IMG/VR virus record: IMGVR_UViG_3300025030_000017
Span: 1-61,779 of that record
DNA: 61,779 nucleotides
Source of the DNA: a virus
Taxonomy: Duplodnaviria; Caudoviricetes
Direction: 5' to 3' (one strand)
Below, in pieces: positions 1-9,952 of the stretch. Both the position numbers and the translations under genes were made by a program. The notes under the pieces are model-generated. The model had not been told where the DNA came from, made no database searches, and saw only the letters and a program-made list of their open reading frames with translations. How positions within the stretch are numbered: position 1 is the stretch's first letter; each line of letters begins with the position of its first letter.

Positions 1-124
1 TTCAAACACTGTGAGGAGGTGGCTGTGCAGGAAGAATATAGAGGACCGGAGCGGCGGGGAGCGGGGGATAGGAAGCTGACCGAAGCCGACATTGAGGCGA
101 TCAAGGCGGCATTTTCTGACCATC
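1..124. repeat. Terminal direct repeat, left copy (circular assembly overlap)
   Basis: 1-124 is identical to 61656-61779 and cuts through ORF 19..300. Confidence 0.97.
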
Positions 125-300
125 CGTGCCGCTTCCCCTCCCTGACCACAGAAGAGGTCGAAGACCTGCGAAGGGTGGCGCATGTGACGAACAAACTTGG
201 GAACAGGTTTATTGACGGCGTATCGTGGGCCATTGGGGTGTCAATCCTCGCGTTCATATATCTGATGGTGACGCATAGGCTATGGCCGGGAGGTAAATAA
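19..300 (+). CDS. Single-TM membrane protein, putative holin
   Basis: C-terminal hydrophobic helix (VSWAIGVSILAFIYLMV), GAGGAGG RBS, upstream of the endolysin. Confidence 0.45.
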   Translation: MAVQEEYRGPERRGAGDRKLTEADIEAIKAAFSDHPCRFPSLTTEEVEDLRRVAHVTNKLGNRFIDGVSWAIGVSILAFIYLMVTHRLWPGGK

Positions 301-379
301 TGCACTGTCTAAATCCTTGTGAGCATCAACGAAAATACGGTTGCTGCCTCCGTGACTGCCCCAACTGGACGCCGCCCAA

Positions 380-571
380 ATGAAAGCCGTCCCTCTCGCT
401 ATAGCCGAAGCTATCAATCTTTGCGGCATGGCGCGGGATTGGGCGTATGGGCCGGGAGAGCATCAGATTATTGACCGGTGCGAAGTGTTGTTGCAGATGG
501 CGGTTGACGAGTTATTGGAGATAAAACGTGGAAGCGATCGACAAGACAAAATTTCTATCTCTGTACCGTGA
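380..571 (+). CDS. Hypothetical protein
   Basis: 63-aa ORF packed in the lysis operon. Confidence 0.45.
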   Translation: MKAVPLAIAEAINLCGMARDWAYGPGEHQIIDRCEVLLQMAVDELLEIKRGSDRQDKISISVP

Positions 572-1082
572 CGAGTGGGGAGAGCCGAAGCAGCCGGCGA
601 AGGACGGCCTTCTCTTCCTTCTGCAATCCCTTGAACAGGACGAGACTATCACCGACATTCGCCACGCCGCTTACATGCTGGCCACGGTACGGCACGAATG
701 CCAGCGCACCTGGCGCCCTATCGAAGAATACGGCAAAGGGTCCGGCAGGAAGTACGGCCTCCCGGCGAAGAATGGCAAGGTTTACTATGGCCGGGGATAT
801 GTCCAACTGACATGGGCGGAAAACTATCAGGCTATGGGGCAGGCGCTGGGGGTGGATCTGTACGGCAAGCCGGAACTCGCCTGCAATCCTGACATTGCCT
901 ACAAGATCATGAGCCGGGGGATGCGGAAGGGGTCATTCACTGGCGTTAAACTCTCGACCTACATCAATGGTGAGGAATGCGATTATCCCCATGCGCGGAA
1001 AATTATCAACGGGATGGACTGCGCCGAGATGATAGCCGGGTATGCGGTGGAGTTTGAACGGATGCTGCGGCAATCTATATGA
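528..1082 (+). CDS. Endolysin, glycoside hydrolase family 19 (chitinase/lysozyme-like)
   Basis: AYMLATVRHE, YYGRGYVQLTWxxNY and ARKIING motifs typical of phage GH19 lysins. Confidence 0.9.
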   Translation: MEAIDKTKFLSLYRDEWGEPKQPAKDGLLFLLQSLEQDETITDIRHAAYMLATVRHECQRTWRPIEEYGKGSGRKYGLPAKNGKVYYGRGYVQLTWAENYQAMGQALGVDLYGKPELACNPDIAYKIMSRGMRKGSFTGVKLSTYINGEECDYPHARKIINGMDCAEMIAGYAVEFERMLRQSI

Positions 1083-1098
1083 GCCAAAGGAGAAAAAT

Positions 1099-1497
1099 AT
1101 GAGCAAGAAATTTATCAATCAGATGGTGGACCGTTTCCTGTGTTGGAAATTGCCGGCGGATTTCGCCCCTGACTGCGGCATCAGCTTCGATGGCAGAGAG
1201 GACGATGAATGGAACAAGGACAAGACATGGCCGGTCGGGACCAACCTTTTTACCGCAGAGCAGGCAAAGCAAATGTTTTCCGAAGTGGTAGCGGATGATG
1301 AAGAATTGACTAGCAGGGAAGAAACAGCATGGTTAATCGAACTGGAAGGGCCAAAATGGGCGGGATTTGTTGACGGTAAGCCGGAATGGACAACGGACCC
1401 GAATAGAGCGCTCCGCTTTGCCCGTAAAGAGGATGCCGACAATTTCAAAGCTTTCTGGTGTATGACGGCTGCCAGCACAGAGCATTCCTGGCTGTGA
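1099..1497 (+). CDS. Hypothetical phage protein
   Basis: AGGAG RBS, ATG at 1099; MVDRFLxWKLPxDFxPDCGI...WPVGTNL. Confidence 0.7.
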   Translation: MSKKFINQMVDRFLCWKLPADFAPDCGISFDGREDDEWNKDKTWPVGTNLFTAEQAKQMFSEVVADDEELTSREETAWLIELEGPKWAGFVDGKPEWTTDPNRALRFARKEDADNFKAFWCMTAASTEHSWL

Positions 1498-1576
1498 ACC
1501 CCTACTGCCCGTATCACAGGCGTAACGGAGTGCATGGTATAGAGCCGTGCTGTAAGTATTGCCAATGGAGGGACTT

Positions 1577-2335
1577 ATGAAGATAGCTTTCCGCAAGAAG
1601 TGCCACACCATTTACAGTCGCATCATCTGCTTCTGGACCTTTGGCAAGTACTCTCATTCGGAACTTGTTTTTTCCGATGGCAAGAGTTTTTCCGCTGATG
1701 AGTCCGACGGTGGGACGCGCTGGAAAGACTGGCAGATGAGCGACGACGAATGGGACTTCATCGACATCCCTTGCAACAAGACTCAGGAGAAAGAAATCCG
1801 CAAGTTTTGCGAAGGCGAGGACGGTTTGAAATACGACATGATCGGCATCGGCTTTTCCTTTCTCCCCATTCCTATCGGCTGGCAGTCTGCTGAGAAATGG
1901 TTCTGCTCTGAAATCTGCGCGGCGGCACTGCAACAGATTGGCTATCTTGTCGGCTACACGCCTTCGAGGATCAGCCCGAACAAATTGTACTCCCTGCTGA
2001 AGAATGAACGGCGGTTTCGTATCAAGTCGCTGCCGTTGACGCTGGTGGTGCTGTTGATGGCACTTCTATTCAACTCGTCGGCTTTTGCCAATGGTTGCGA
2101 ATGTCTCAAGGCTAAAGAACTTCGTGAGCAAGATTTACGGGCAAAACTGAAAATGGCCAGCATGGTTTCAAAACTGATGGCCGATGAAATTGTGACCACC
2201 TCTCCAAAAGCGTATTACGAAAGAGAAAAGGTTTTGGAACAATACCGATATTGGGCCGATGAAGTCGAAAAGCTTTTTGAGGAGTCAATAGATGAAGCGT
2301 CTACCGGGTGCATTTGCAACGATGGCATGTTTTAG
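1577..2335 (+). CDS. Permuted papain-like (YiiX/YaeF-type NlpC/P60) domain fused to a hydrophobic segment and helical domain
   Basis: His motif YSHSELVF precedes Cys motif WFCSEICA; ISPNKLY closes the domain; hydrophobic stretch follows. Confidence 0.7.
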   Translation: MKIAFRKKCHTIYSRIICFWTFGKYSHSELVFSDGKSFSADESDGGTRWKDWQMSDDEWDFIDIPCNKTQEKEIRKFCEGEDGLKYDMIGIGFSFLPIPIGWQSAEKWFCSEICAAALQQIGYLVGYTPSRISPNKLYSLLKNERRFRIKSLPLTLVVLLMALLFNSSAFANGCECLKAKELREQDLRAKLKMASMVSKLMADEIVTTSPKAYYEREKVLEQYRYWADEVEKLFEESIDEASTGCICNDGMF

Positions 2336-2507
2336 TTTCTGGCGAAAATCTATAATAGCGGTCGTTATTTTATCCGGCTGCGCCTCCGTAGCCTGCCCCA
2401 AGACAGTACAGGTTGAGGCAGGAACCGGCGTAAGACACGAGGTAGGGGAATCGCCAGTGAAAACAAACACGGCCATTGTACGGGCCACATGGGAGTTCAG
2501 GAAATGA
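2292..2507 (+). CDS. Small lipoprotein (possible spanin-like lysis accessory)
   Basis: Hydrophobic IIAVVIL followed by lipobox LSGC; in the lysis cluster; start uncertain. Confidence 0.45.
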   Translation: MKRLPGAFATMACFSFWRKSIIAVVILSGCASVACPKTVQVEAGTGVRHEVGESPVKTNTAIVRATWEFRK

Positions 2508-2857
2508 AATACATAATCGTTGCACTACTTCTCTTGGTGGCTTCCGGCGCGTATGCCGGATGGGAAGGTTTTTCTTTTGCCAACGAAGGTGGTTATACAT
2601 GCGAGTACGAAAAGGTGACGCGGCTTGTGAATGAGGGCGATGCCGCTTGCGATCATGAGTGGGTTTATGAACCGGAAAGCATAAGACCTAGTGCAGTGTA
2701 TGCCGTCTATTGCGCCTGTGGTTGTCCCAACGAAGGGCGCAACAAGATATGTCGCAAATGTCTCCGTAAGGTCAATGAAAAGACTGAAGGGAGAATGGTG
2801 TCACCAAAGGAGTCGGAATACGAAAAACTGAACCGGCAGATTGGAGGCGAGAAATGA
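2504..2857 (+). CDS. Secreted Cys-rich hypothetical protein
   Basis: Signal peptide MKYIIVALLLLVASGAYA; multiple Cys. Confidence 0.6.
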   Translation: MKYIIVALLLLVASGAYAGWEGFSFANEGGYTCEYEKVTRLVNEGDAACDHEWVYEPESIRPSAVYAVYCACGCPNEGRNKICRKCLRKVNEKTEGRMVSPKESEYEKLNRQIGGEK

Positions 2858-3012
2858 GATGGATCTTGATAGCAACACTCCTTGCCGGATGCGCCTACAA
2901 CTCACAGACTGTTAATGCTTATGGCAGTCTCGTCTATTGCCACGGCACTGTTGATAAACCGGTCGATGTGAGCACCGATTTAAAAGGCAACAAAGTAACC
3001 CCTCTACCGTAA
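2854..3012 (+). CDS. Small lipoprotein, 52 aa (below the ORF-track cutoff)
   Basis: MRWILIATLLAGCAYN... with LAGC lipobox, GGAGG RBS, ATGA coupling to the upstream gene. Confidence 0.7.
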   Translation: MRWILIATLLAGCAYNSQTVNAYGSLVYCHGTVDKPVDVSTDLKGNKVTPLP

Positions 3013-3022
3013 AGGACAGACC

Positions 3023-3970
3023 ATGAACGAATCATTCAGGTACGACAAGGGATTGGGAGATGCTGCGATTTACATGAGGCTCCTGAATAGTACAGGCGAG
3101 TTCTACGACTTCCTGGCTACGTCATTTGTCTCTGAGGAAACCGCCAACTGCCAACTCCTGATGACGGAGTTCCCCGACAGTTCAACGGAACAGTCCTGGT
3201 ACTATGTGACCTTTGATTCTCCTGCCGGGGGTCCGTTTGCTATCGAGATAGTCCTAGTCTCGACCAGTGAAGTCATAGGTTACGATACGGTCTTCTCTTC
3301 GACTGAAGCAAGCGAAGCCGGGGAAACGTCCATCGGTGATCTTCTGGACATCGTTATCGGAAGATTTGCGAAAATCAACAAGCCGCCGATGATCGATTTC
3401 CTGACTGCGGCTAACATGACGATGGACATCATCTACCGCAGACTCATGACGAAGAAATCGGAACTCATCCTTGGGTCTTTCTCTCAGGCTGTCTTAGCGA
3501 ATGCGTCAACCGTGACCCTCCCTACCGATTTCCAAGGGTTTTTCGAGCGTCCCTATATCTCAGGGTCAACCTGGCATCTCGACCCGTTACCGGGCGAATA
3601 TCGAGCTTCTTTAACGACTGCCGGCAGACCTCAGTTTTACGGATTGAGGGGAACGACGATGACTTTGTTCCCGACGACGAGTGCTGCAATAACCATCGTC
3701 GGTCAGTATTACAAAAAGCCGGTCAAGTTTACCGCGCTGACCAACGTCATTCCTTACAACGGGCTTATCGATAACGTCCTTCAGGAAGGCATCATTGCAG
3801 TTGGCATGACGGGGATGGGCGCGTTACTCGACGCTCAATTCCAGGCAATCATGAGCAAGATGATCGATGAGATCCTTGCCTTTAGATCTCCACGAACTGT
3901 CAGATTCCACTACACCTATGAAAACAGCCAACGTATGCGGGGCGCACACCCTGACTACTTCAACGTATGA
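3023..3970 (+). CDS. Virion protein, head-tail adaptor-like
   Basis: TVTLPTDF...GRPQFY...LFPT pattern typical of podovirus adaptor/tube proteins; position. Confidence 0.6.
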   Translation: MNESFRYDKGLGDAAIYMRLLNSTGEFYDFLATSFVSEETANCQLLMTEFPDSSTEQSWYYVTFDSPAGGPFAIEIVLVSTSEVIGYDTVFSSTEASEAGETSIGDLLDIVIGRFAKINKPPMIDFLTAANMTMDIIYRRLMTKKSELILGSFSQAVLANASTVTLPTDFQGFFERPYISGSTWHLDPLPGEYRASLTTAGRPQFYGLRGTTMTLFPTTSAAITIVGQYYKKPVKFTALTNVIPYNGLIDNVLQEGIIAVGMTGMGALLDAQFQAIMSKMIDEILAFRSPRTVRFHYTYENSQRMRGAHPDYFNV

Positions 3971-3978
3971 GGTAACTA

Positions 3979-4626
3979 ATGGCGACGATTACCGCAGAAT
4001 CAGTGATGAACAAGGCGCGAAAGATCCTCAACGATGCGGGGTCTGTGCGGTGGGATAATGCCGATTTGTTGGGTTGGTTAAATTCAGGTCAAAAGGAAAT
4101 CGTCCTCTATAAGCCGAACGCGAATACCGAGACTGCCGTCATGACTATGGTCGAGGGAAGCGTTCAGACTGTCACCGGGCTTCAGTTCATCAGGATCATC
4201 AGCAATGTCGCGTCGGACGGAACGACAGCAACCAGCGTCCCGAGTCCGGTTGAACAGTCGGTGTTGGATGGACTCTACCCGAACTGGATGGCAGCGACGG
4301 CTAGTGCGATCCCCAAGTATTACTGCTTTGACAGGAAACTTCTCAAGACGTTCTTTGTCTATCCGCCGCAACCTGCGTCTCCCGGCAAGGTGAGAATCCT
4401 TCAGTCGGCGGCTCCTGCGGTGATTCTCATCGGGAATATTTCTTCTGCAACGATTCTCGATGACATCTACGAGACGCCGTTGATCGATTACATCGTCTAC
4501 CGGGCCTTCTCCGAAGATACCGAAGTCATCGACGCTGCAAAGAGCGATGCGTTCTTCCAGAAGTTTGTCGCAGCAATGGGCGGTAAGGCTCAAGCCGAAA
4601 CCATTGGAGAGATGAATGCGAATTAG
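3979..4626 (+). CDS. Head-tail adaptor protein (DUF6682-like)
   Basis: ILNDxxxVRWxxxDLLGWLN, FFVYPP, LIDYIVYRAFSED motifs. Confidence 0.75.
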   Translation: MATITAESVMNKARKILNDAGSVRWDNADLLGWLNSGQKEIVLYKPNANTETAVMTMVEGSVQTVTGLQFIRIISNVASDGTTATSVPSPVEQSVLDGLYPNWMAATASAIPKYYCFDRKLLKTFFVYPPQPASPGKVRILQSAAPAVILIGNISSATILDDIYETPLIDYIVYRAFSEDTEVIDAAKSDAFFQKFVAAMGGKAQAETIGEMNAN

Positions 4627-6202
4627 TCTGAAGCCTTTTGGCGGGATCATTCCGAAAGCCGACCCTCACTATCTGCCTGACTCAGCGGCAGTGACGGCGC
4701 AGAACTGCAAATTCACGTCCGGTTCTCTGGAAGCGTGGAAGAATCCTTTGACAGTGAACACGCCTTCGAAAGTCGGGACGAAGACCAGCATCTATCTCTA
4801 CGAGAATCAATACTGGCTGCATTGGGTTGATCTGGATGTGAATGTCGCCAAAAGTCCTACGGCGACAGATGCGTATAAAAGGATCTACTGGACCGGCGAC
4901 GGCGCTCCAAAGATGTCTGTCTTGGATGCGATAGTCACCGGAGGAACGGCCTATCCGAACAACTCTTACCTCCTGGGTGTCCCTGCTCCGGCAATGGCTC
5001 CTACTGTCTCGGTGGTTGGGAGTATTACCGACCCCGACCCGACCCTTGTGGAATCTCGGACCTACGTATATCGGTACGTCTCGGCCTATGGTGAGGCAGG
5101 CCCTCCGTCTTCTGCTTCCGTAACCGTTGACGTTGCTCCCGGTCAAAGCGTTGATATTACGAACATGAGCGTTGCGCCAGTCGGGAACTACAACATAGCA
5201 ACGAAGGAAATCTTCCGTTCGAACACAGGAAGTTCCGATACGGCCTATCAGTTGGCTGGTTCAGTCGCAGTGGCGACAACGACCTTCTCTGACACCGTGG
5301 ACTCAGCCGATTTAGGTGAGGTTTTGGACAGTCTGTTGTGGGATGTCCCGCCGACTGGCTTGAAAGGGTTAATTGCTCTCCCAAATGGTTGTCTTGCCGG
5401 CTATTCCGGAAACGAACTCTGTTATTCAGTTGCCTATCAACCTCATGCGTGGCCGTTGAATCAGCGATGGCCTGTCTCTGACGAGATCATGGGTATCGGG
5501 GCATATGGCATGACGGTTCTCGTCACGACAGACGGTGCTCCCCGCATTGCCACCGGTCAAGACCCGACTGATGTGACGATTGAGAGACTTGAAAACGGCT
5601 ATGCCTGCACTCTGAAACTCGGTGTCGTGGATATGGGCTACGCTGTCGCTTATCCTTCGACCGGAGGCTTGATGTCTGCCGGCGTCAACGGGGTGGAACT
5701 GATTACCAGGGATATTCTTTCTAAAGACGACTGGCAAGCGTTGGGTCTGACGAAAGCCTACTTCTACGGAGGTCTGTATATCGGTTTCGGGACGACGACT
5801 TTCATCTTCAATCCCGCTACCAAAGACCTGGCTACTCTCTCCGGAATAACCGCGACGGCTGGTTATCATGACCCGGCGACTGGCGAACTCTATCTCATGG
5901 TGGGGAGCAACATCGTCAAGTGGGATGCCGGGGTTGGGTATCTGACGTATACCTGGAAGTCGAAGCCGTTTGTCTCTGAGAAACCGATCAACATGAGTTG
6001 CGCGAGAGTCTATGCCGACAGTTACCCGGTGACGCTGAAAGTCTACGTAGACGGGACTTTGAAGCATACACAGACCGTCGCCAATAACCTGGTCTTCCGC
6101 CTGCCTTCAGGCTTTCGTGGCACTGAAATCTCGGCGCAAGTGGAAGGCACTGTCAACGTCTATGCGGTGGACATTGCCGAAAGCGTGAGTGAGATGAAAT
6201 GA
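4616..6202 (+). CDS. Tail nozzle / stabilisation protein
   Basis: 528 aa beta-rich, FGGIIP N-terminus, PHAWP and WKSKPF motifs, follows the adaptor. Confidence 0.7.
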   Translation: MRISLKPFGGIIPKADPHYLPDSAAVTAQNCKFTSGSLEAWKNPLTVNTPSKVGTKTSIYLYENQYWLHWVDLDVNVAKSPTATDAYKRIYWTGDGAPKMSVLDAIVTGGTAYPNNSYLLGVPAPAMAPTVSVVGSITDPDPTLVESRTYVYRYVSAYGEAGPPSSASVTVDVAPGQSVDITNMSVAPVGNYNIATKEIFRSNTGSSDTAYQLAGSVAVATTTFSDTVDSADLGEVLDSLLWDVPPTGLKGLIALPNGCLAGYSGNELCYSVAYQPHAWPLNQRWPVSDEIMGIGAYGMTVLVTTDGAPRIATGQDPTDVTIERLENGYACTLKLGVVDMGYAVAYPSTGGLMSAGVNGVELITRDILSKDDWQALGLTKAYFYGGLYIGFGTTTFIFNPATKDLATLSGITATAGYHDPATGELYLMVGSNIVKWDAGVGYLTYTWKSKPFVSEKPINMSCARVYADSYPVTLKVYVDGTLKHTQTVANNLVFRLPSGFRGTEISAQVEGTVNVYAVDIAESVSEMK

Positions 6203-8487
6203 GTCTACCCGACCTCCCTACCATACCGTCGAGTCAGGAGCCGAATACCAAACGGGCAATCGACATGCTGCGCGTCCTCTTTAATTCTCTCAAGAAGAAG
6301 GGCGGTCTGGTAGCGGTCAACGACTTGGTGAATGCGGGTCTGGTTAATTCATCCCTTCAGGCGACCGGCTCTGAATATGACGGTGCGATTCCCCCTGCTA
6401 TTGTCGGTCTGACGGCGACAGGAGCCTTCCGAACGATCATCCTTGAGTGGGATGCGGTCAACTTTAGAAACTACTCCTACGTCGAGATTTGGCGCTCCAC
6501 GACTGACGACTTGGGTACAGCAGTGAAGATCGGCACGACGACAGCAACACTTTACTCCGACCTTCCGCCTAATGCGTCAATGGCCGTGACTTACTATTAT
6601 TGGGCGCGGGTCATCAGCCGATCCAACATGATCGGCCCGTTCAACGCGACTGCCGGGACTGGCGCGACGACTGCCAACGACCCTGCCTATGTCATCGAAA
6701 TTCTCGAAAACCAGTTGACTGAAAACGAATTGTACGGAGATTTGCAAAGCCGTATCAACCTCATCGACACGACCGGGACGGGTCTTATCGACCGAATGAT
6801 TTCCGTCGAAGCGGGGGTGGAGACTGCCCTTGCCAATGGGATTTCTACCGCGCCCTTTGACGAGAATGATACCTACATCGTCGGTGCGCTCGTTTCCTAT
6901 GACAATTCAATCTATAAGTGCATCCTTGAAATCAACTCGACCCCAGCTCCGATTCCGACGAACGAGACGTATTGGGTTCTGATTGGAAACTATGCGACTC
7001 TGGCAGACATGGTTTCGGCTAATGCGGCGAGTCTTGTGTCTCTGGACAGCGAAGTAGATGGTATTGGGAGCACCGTTGCCGCGCATTCAGGGTACATCAC
7101 GGCTCTGGAAACGACCGTCAATGATCCAGCTACCGGAGTCCTAGCGACTTCAGGAGCCTTGACTACGCTGACTTCAAGAGTGACGAATACCGAAAACACG
7201 AACATCTCTCAGGGTTCAGCTATTACGGCGCTTGAGTCCACAGTAAACAATGGTACGACTGGCGTGACGGCGACTGCCTCTGCTCTCTCGACTTTAACGA
7301 CGAGAGTGACGAATGTCGAAGGCGTGAACACTTCTCAGGCGTCAAGTATCTCGACACTGCAAACGACTGTCGGGGGGCATACGACTTCGATTCAGACCAA
7401 TGCTTCATCAATCGACGGTATCCAGGGAAAGTACACCGTCAAGATAGACAATAACGGGTACGTCACAGGGTACGGGCTTATCTCTTCCGCAAACAACGGA
7501 ACGCCTACTTCAGAGTTCATGGTTGTCGCGGATAAGTTCTCAATCGCTCCTGTAGCAACGAACGGAGACGCGGTTGACGGTTCCCCCTTCTTCCATCTGA
7601 CGACGACAACAACGGTTGACGGGGTAAGCCTGCCTGCCGGAACGTACATGAAGAAGGCGTTTATAACCGACCTGACAGCGACCAATATCAGGGCGGCGAG
7701 TGTCACTGCCGACAGACTTAACGTTACGCTGCTTTCTGCGATCTCAGCCAACCTTGGCACAGTGACGGCGGGGGATATTATCTCTGCGACCTACCGAACG
7801 TCATCAACCAATGTCAAGCGAATTGACATCAACTATACAACGCAAGGCGAGATGACTTTTTACGGAGACAGGGGCGACGGTACAGTTACGGTCCTGGCAA
7901 CTATAGGCATAGGGCAAGTGGAGTCAGATTATTACGTGGGTATTTTTGGTAACACCAATGCCGGCAATTCCCGCGTTGGTCTGTTTGCTGGAAGCAGTAG
8001 TAGTTATGGGCTTGTCGTAAAATCAGAAACAGGCAGCGCGTCATATTTCTTTACGAATGGCAGTGCTGCGACTGGCGTATATGTCACAGTCACTGGTGCA
8101 AATGCTTATGGAGCCAAATTCTATTCTAACGGTACGGGTGGAGTAGGGCTACAAGCTACGGGAGTCAGTACCGGAGTTGTCGGCAGCAGTTCAGGAAGTT
8201 ATGGCGTTTCTGGATTGGGAGTGACGGGGGTGCATGGCAGCGGGAGTAATTACGGTGGTGAATTTAACGGTGATGTTTATGGGGCAGTTTTTAATACAGG
8301 GTCGTATGGTTCTATCAAGATAGGTTCGAGGACCAGCGACCCGCCAGGTGCCGAAGGCGGGGCGATGTACTTCAATAGTTCCAGCAATAGATTGAAGGCG
8401 TATTCAGTGTATATATCCGGCTATAACGAGGGCAACCCGATTCTCGCCGGGCCTTCCTGGGTATTTGCCGATTTCACAACAACATAG
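6199..8487 (+). CDS. Tail fibre / tail-tip protein (FN3-like N-terminus, coiled coil, DUF1983-like segment, Gly-rich C-terminus)
   Basis: YVEIWRS...YYYWAR; heptad repeats; YTVKIDNNGYVTGYGL...FMVVADKF; LSAISANLG. Confidence 0.8.
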   Translation: MSLPDLPTIPSSQEPNTKRAIDMLRVLFNSLKKKGGLVAVNDLVNAGLVNSSLQATGSEYDGAIPPAIVGLTATGAFRTIILEWDAVNFRNYSYVEIWRSTTDDLGTAVKIGTTTATLYSDLPPNASMAVTYYYWARVISRSNMIGPFNATAGTGATTANDPAYVIEILENQLTENELYGDLQSRINLIDTTGTGLIDRMISVEAGVETALANGISTAPFDENDTYIVGALVSYDNSIYKCILEINSTPAPIPTNETYWVLIGNYATLADMVSANAASLVSLDSEVDGIGSTVAAHSGYITALETTVNDPATGVLATSGALTTLTSRVTNTENTNISQGSAITALESTVNNGTTGVTATASALSTLTTRVTNVEGVNTSQASSISTLQTTVGGHTTSIQTNASSIDGIQGKYTVKIDNNGYVTGYGLISSANNGTPTSEFMVVADKFSIAPVATNGDAVDGSPFFHLTTTTTVDGVSLPAGTYMKKAFITDLTATNIRAASVTADRLNVTLLSAISANLGTVTAGDIISATYRTSSTNVKRIDINYTTQGEMTFYGDRGDGTVTVLATIGIGQVESDYYVGIFGNTNAGNSRVGLFAGSSSSYGLVVKSETGSASYFFTNGSAATGVYVTVTGANAYGAKFYSNGTGGVGLQATGVSTGVVGSSSGSYGVSGLGVTGVHGSGSNYGGEFNGDVYGAVFNTGSYGSIKIGSRTSDPPGAEGGAMYFNSSSNRLKAYSVYISGYNEGNPILAGPSWVFADFTTT

Positions 8488-8495
8488 GAGCGCAA

Positions 8496-8765
8496 ATGGC
8501 ACTGCAAACTAACTACACAACACAGCACGGGCTTTCCATCCAGTCTGCTTACATAAGAGTTTCCTATGTTCACGGTGACAAAAACAATCTCTGTATCGAA
8601 TTCGCCGTGTATCCAAGCAAACTACTCAGGGACGCAGGCAAACCGTGCGTGGAAGCGTTTAATTTTACCGTGTCCCACGACTTGGAATTTAGGGGTAACA
8701 GTATCCAGCTTGCCTATTCTGAAATGAAGAAGCGCAATGAATTTACGGAGGCTACAGACGTATGA
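8496..8765 (+). CDS. Hypothetical protein, possible fibre accessory
   Basis: GGAG RBS, follows the fibre gene. Confidence 0.65.
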   Translation: MALQTNYTTQHGLSIQSAYIRVSYVHGDKNNLCIEFAVYPSKLLRDAGKPCVEAFNFTVSHDLEFRGNSIQLAYSEMKKRNEFTEATDV

Positions 8766-8935
8766 GTGAGATTACCTACAACGTGAATAAACTGGCAAGA
8801 CAGAATGCAATTTTGGCTGAACTCATGGAAGCGAACGAGATCATCGTTGGTCTGACGAACGAGAAAACAGCGTTGCTCGAAGAGAACGCGAACCTCAAAA
8901 GAACCATCGACAAGCTGGCGACCGTCAATGTTTGA
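8762..8935 (+). CDS. Small coiled-coil protein, 57 aa
   Basis: MSEITYNVNKLARQNAILAELMEANEII...; ATGA overlap with the upstream gene. Confidence 0.6.
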   Translation: MSEITYNVNKLARQNAILAELMEANEIIVGLTNEKTALLEENANLKRTIDKLATVNV

Positions 8936-9308
8936 GTTGTACATGGAAATTTTCAGTTTCCTCAAGTCTCACGAAGGGGTATACGTGGTGACGAACAAGA
9001 CCTGTTTCGAGTTGATTGATTCCTTAGTCAACAACAGGTTCTTCCTCGAAAGAGATGAGGACGGCAAGATAGCGACTTTCTGCAACTACTGGAAGATCGA
9101 TGACGTGGAAACAGCGAGAAACGGTGGCCGGCCTGAGAACGTGGAAAACGGTTCAGTCCTCTTTGTCGTTGATTGCGCCAGCACAAAGGGTCTGAGACTC
9201 AAAGACTTCAAAAGGTACTGCAAGGGAATGAAAGGGGCGGCGTGGTTCCACAAGACGATAGTGCCGTCTAACTTTAGGTTTTACCAGCTAAAAGGAGCCG
9301 CGCTATGA
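8928..9308 (+). CDS. Putative acyltransferase (GNAT-fold, resembling HlyC-type toxin-activating acyltransferases)
   Basis: DGKIATFCNYW...ENGSVLFVVDCAS pattern; occupies the slot just before the ejection proteins. Confidence 0.45.
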   Translation: MFELYMEIFSFLKSHEGVYVVTNKTCFELIDSLVNNRFFLERDEDGKIATFCNYWKIDDVETARNGGRPENVENGSVLFVVDCASTKGLRLKDFKRYCKGMKGAAWFHKTIVPSNFRFYQLKGAAL

Positions 9309-9949
9309 TGACGCACAATGTTTTCCTTGCCTTCACGTTTCACGAAAGGCTGATGTCGAGGGGCATCTGTTTCAAAGGCGGTTCCAACGAGATCCCCGAA
9401 ACTGCGGCACAGGTCGAAGCGTCGAAAGTCGCCATTGACCAGTACAACACGTACATGGAAGAGTACCGGCCTTTCGAGAGAAAGTTCATTGCTGACGTGA
9501 TGAAACCGACCGCCGTTAAAGAAGCGAAAGCGGCGGGTCAGGTCAACGCCGACATAGCACAGAAGGCCGCGATTCCGGCAGGGATGGACCCGAACCGACT
9601 GATAAAGAATCCGACCATCGCTTCCAACATGGCTGAAGTCTCCGGCAGGGCAAGAAACGAAGCAGTCCAGAACGTCCAAGACCAGCGAGTTCAGGGAATG
9701 CAGGCGATTTCCGACATTGGTATGGGGAAAGCAACTGATGCGAAGTTGGGCTTCGAAGGGTTGGCGACTGAATCCTTGAGAAAAGCCGTTGGTGAAAAAG
9801 CTGCTGACATCCAGGTGAGCAACGCGATAACCAGCGGCGTCATGGGTGTAGCGGGAGCGGGAGCGGCGGGATATTCGAACTGGAAGAAGCAACCGGAAAA
9901 CATCGAGGGGAACACGTACTTCCCGAACGTAGGTTATCAGAAGGGGTAA
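9305..9949 (+). CDS. Internal virion (ejection) protein
   Basis: ICFKGGS near the N-terminus, Ala/Gln-rich helical, Gly-Ala C-terminal segment. Confidence 0.6.
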   Translation: MMTHNVFLAFTFHERLMSRGICFKGGSNEIPETAAQVEASKVAIDQYNTYMEEYRPFERKFIADVMKPTAVKEAKAAGQVNADIAQKAAIPAGMDPNRLIKNPTIASNMAEVSGRARNEAVQNVQDQRVQGMQAISDIGMGKATDAKLGFEGLATESLRKAVGEKAADIQVSNAITSGVMGVAGAGAAGYSNWKKQPENIEGNTYFPNVGYQKG

Positions 9950-9952
9950 AAC

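Noticed and set aside
1-124. 124-bp terminal repeat as a biological DTR
   Set aside because: It falls inside a gene in the middle of the virion/lysis operon and most likely reflects assembler overlap of a circular or permuted genome
6199-8487. Diversity-generating retroelement, expected from the BPP-1-like virion gene order
   Set aside because: No reverse transcriptase ORF, and no template/variable repeat pair seen for either fibre C-terminus
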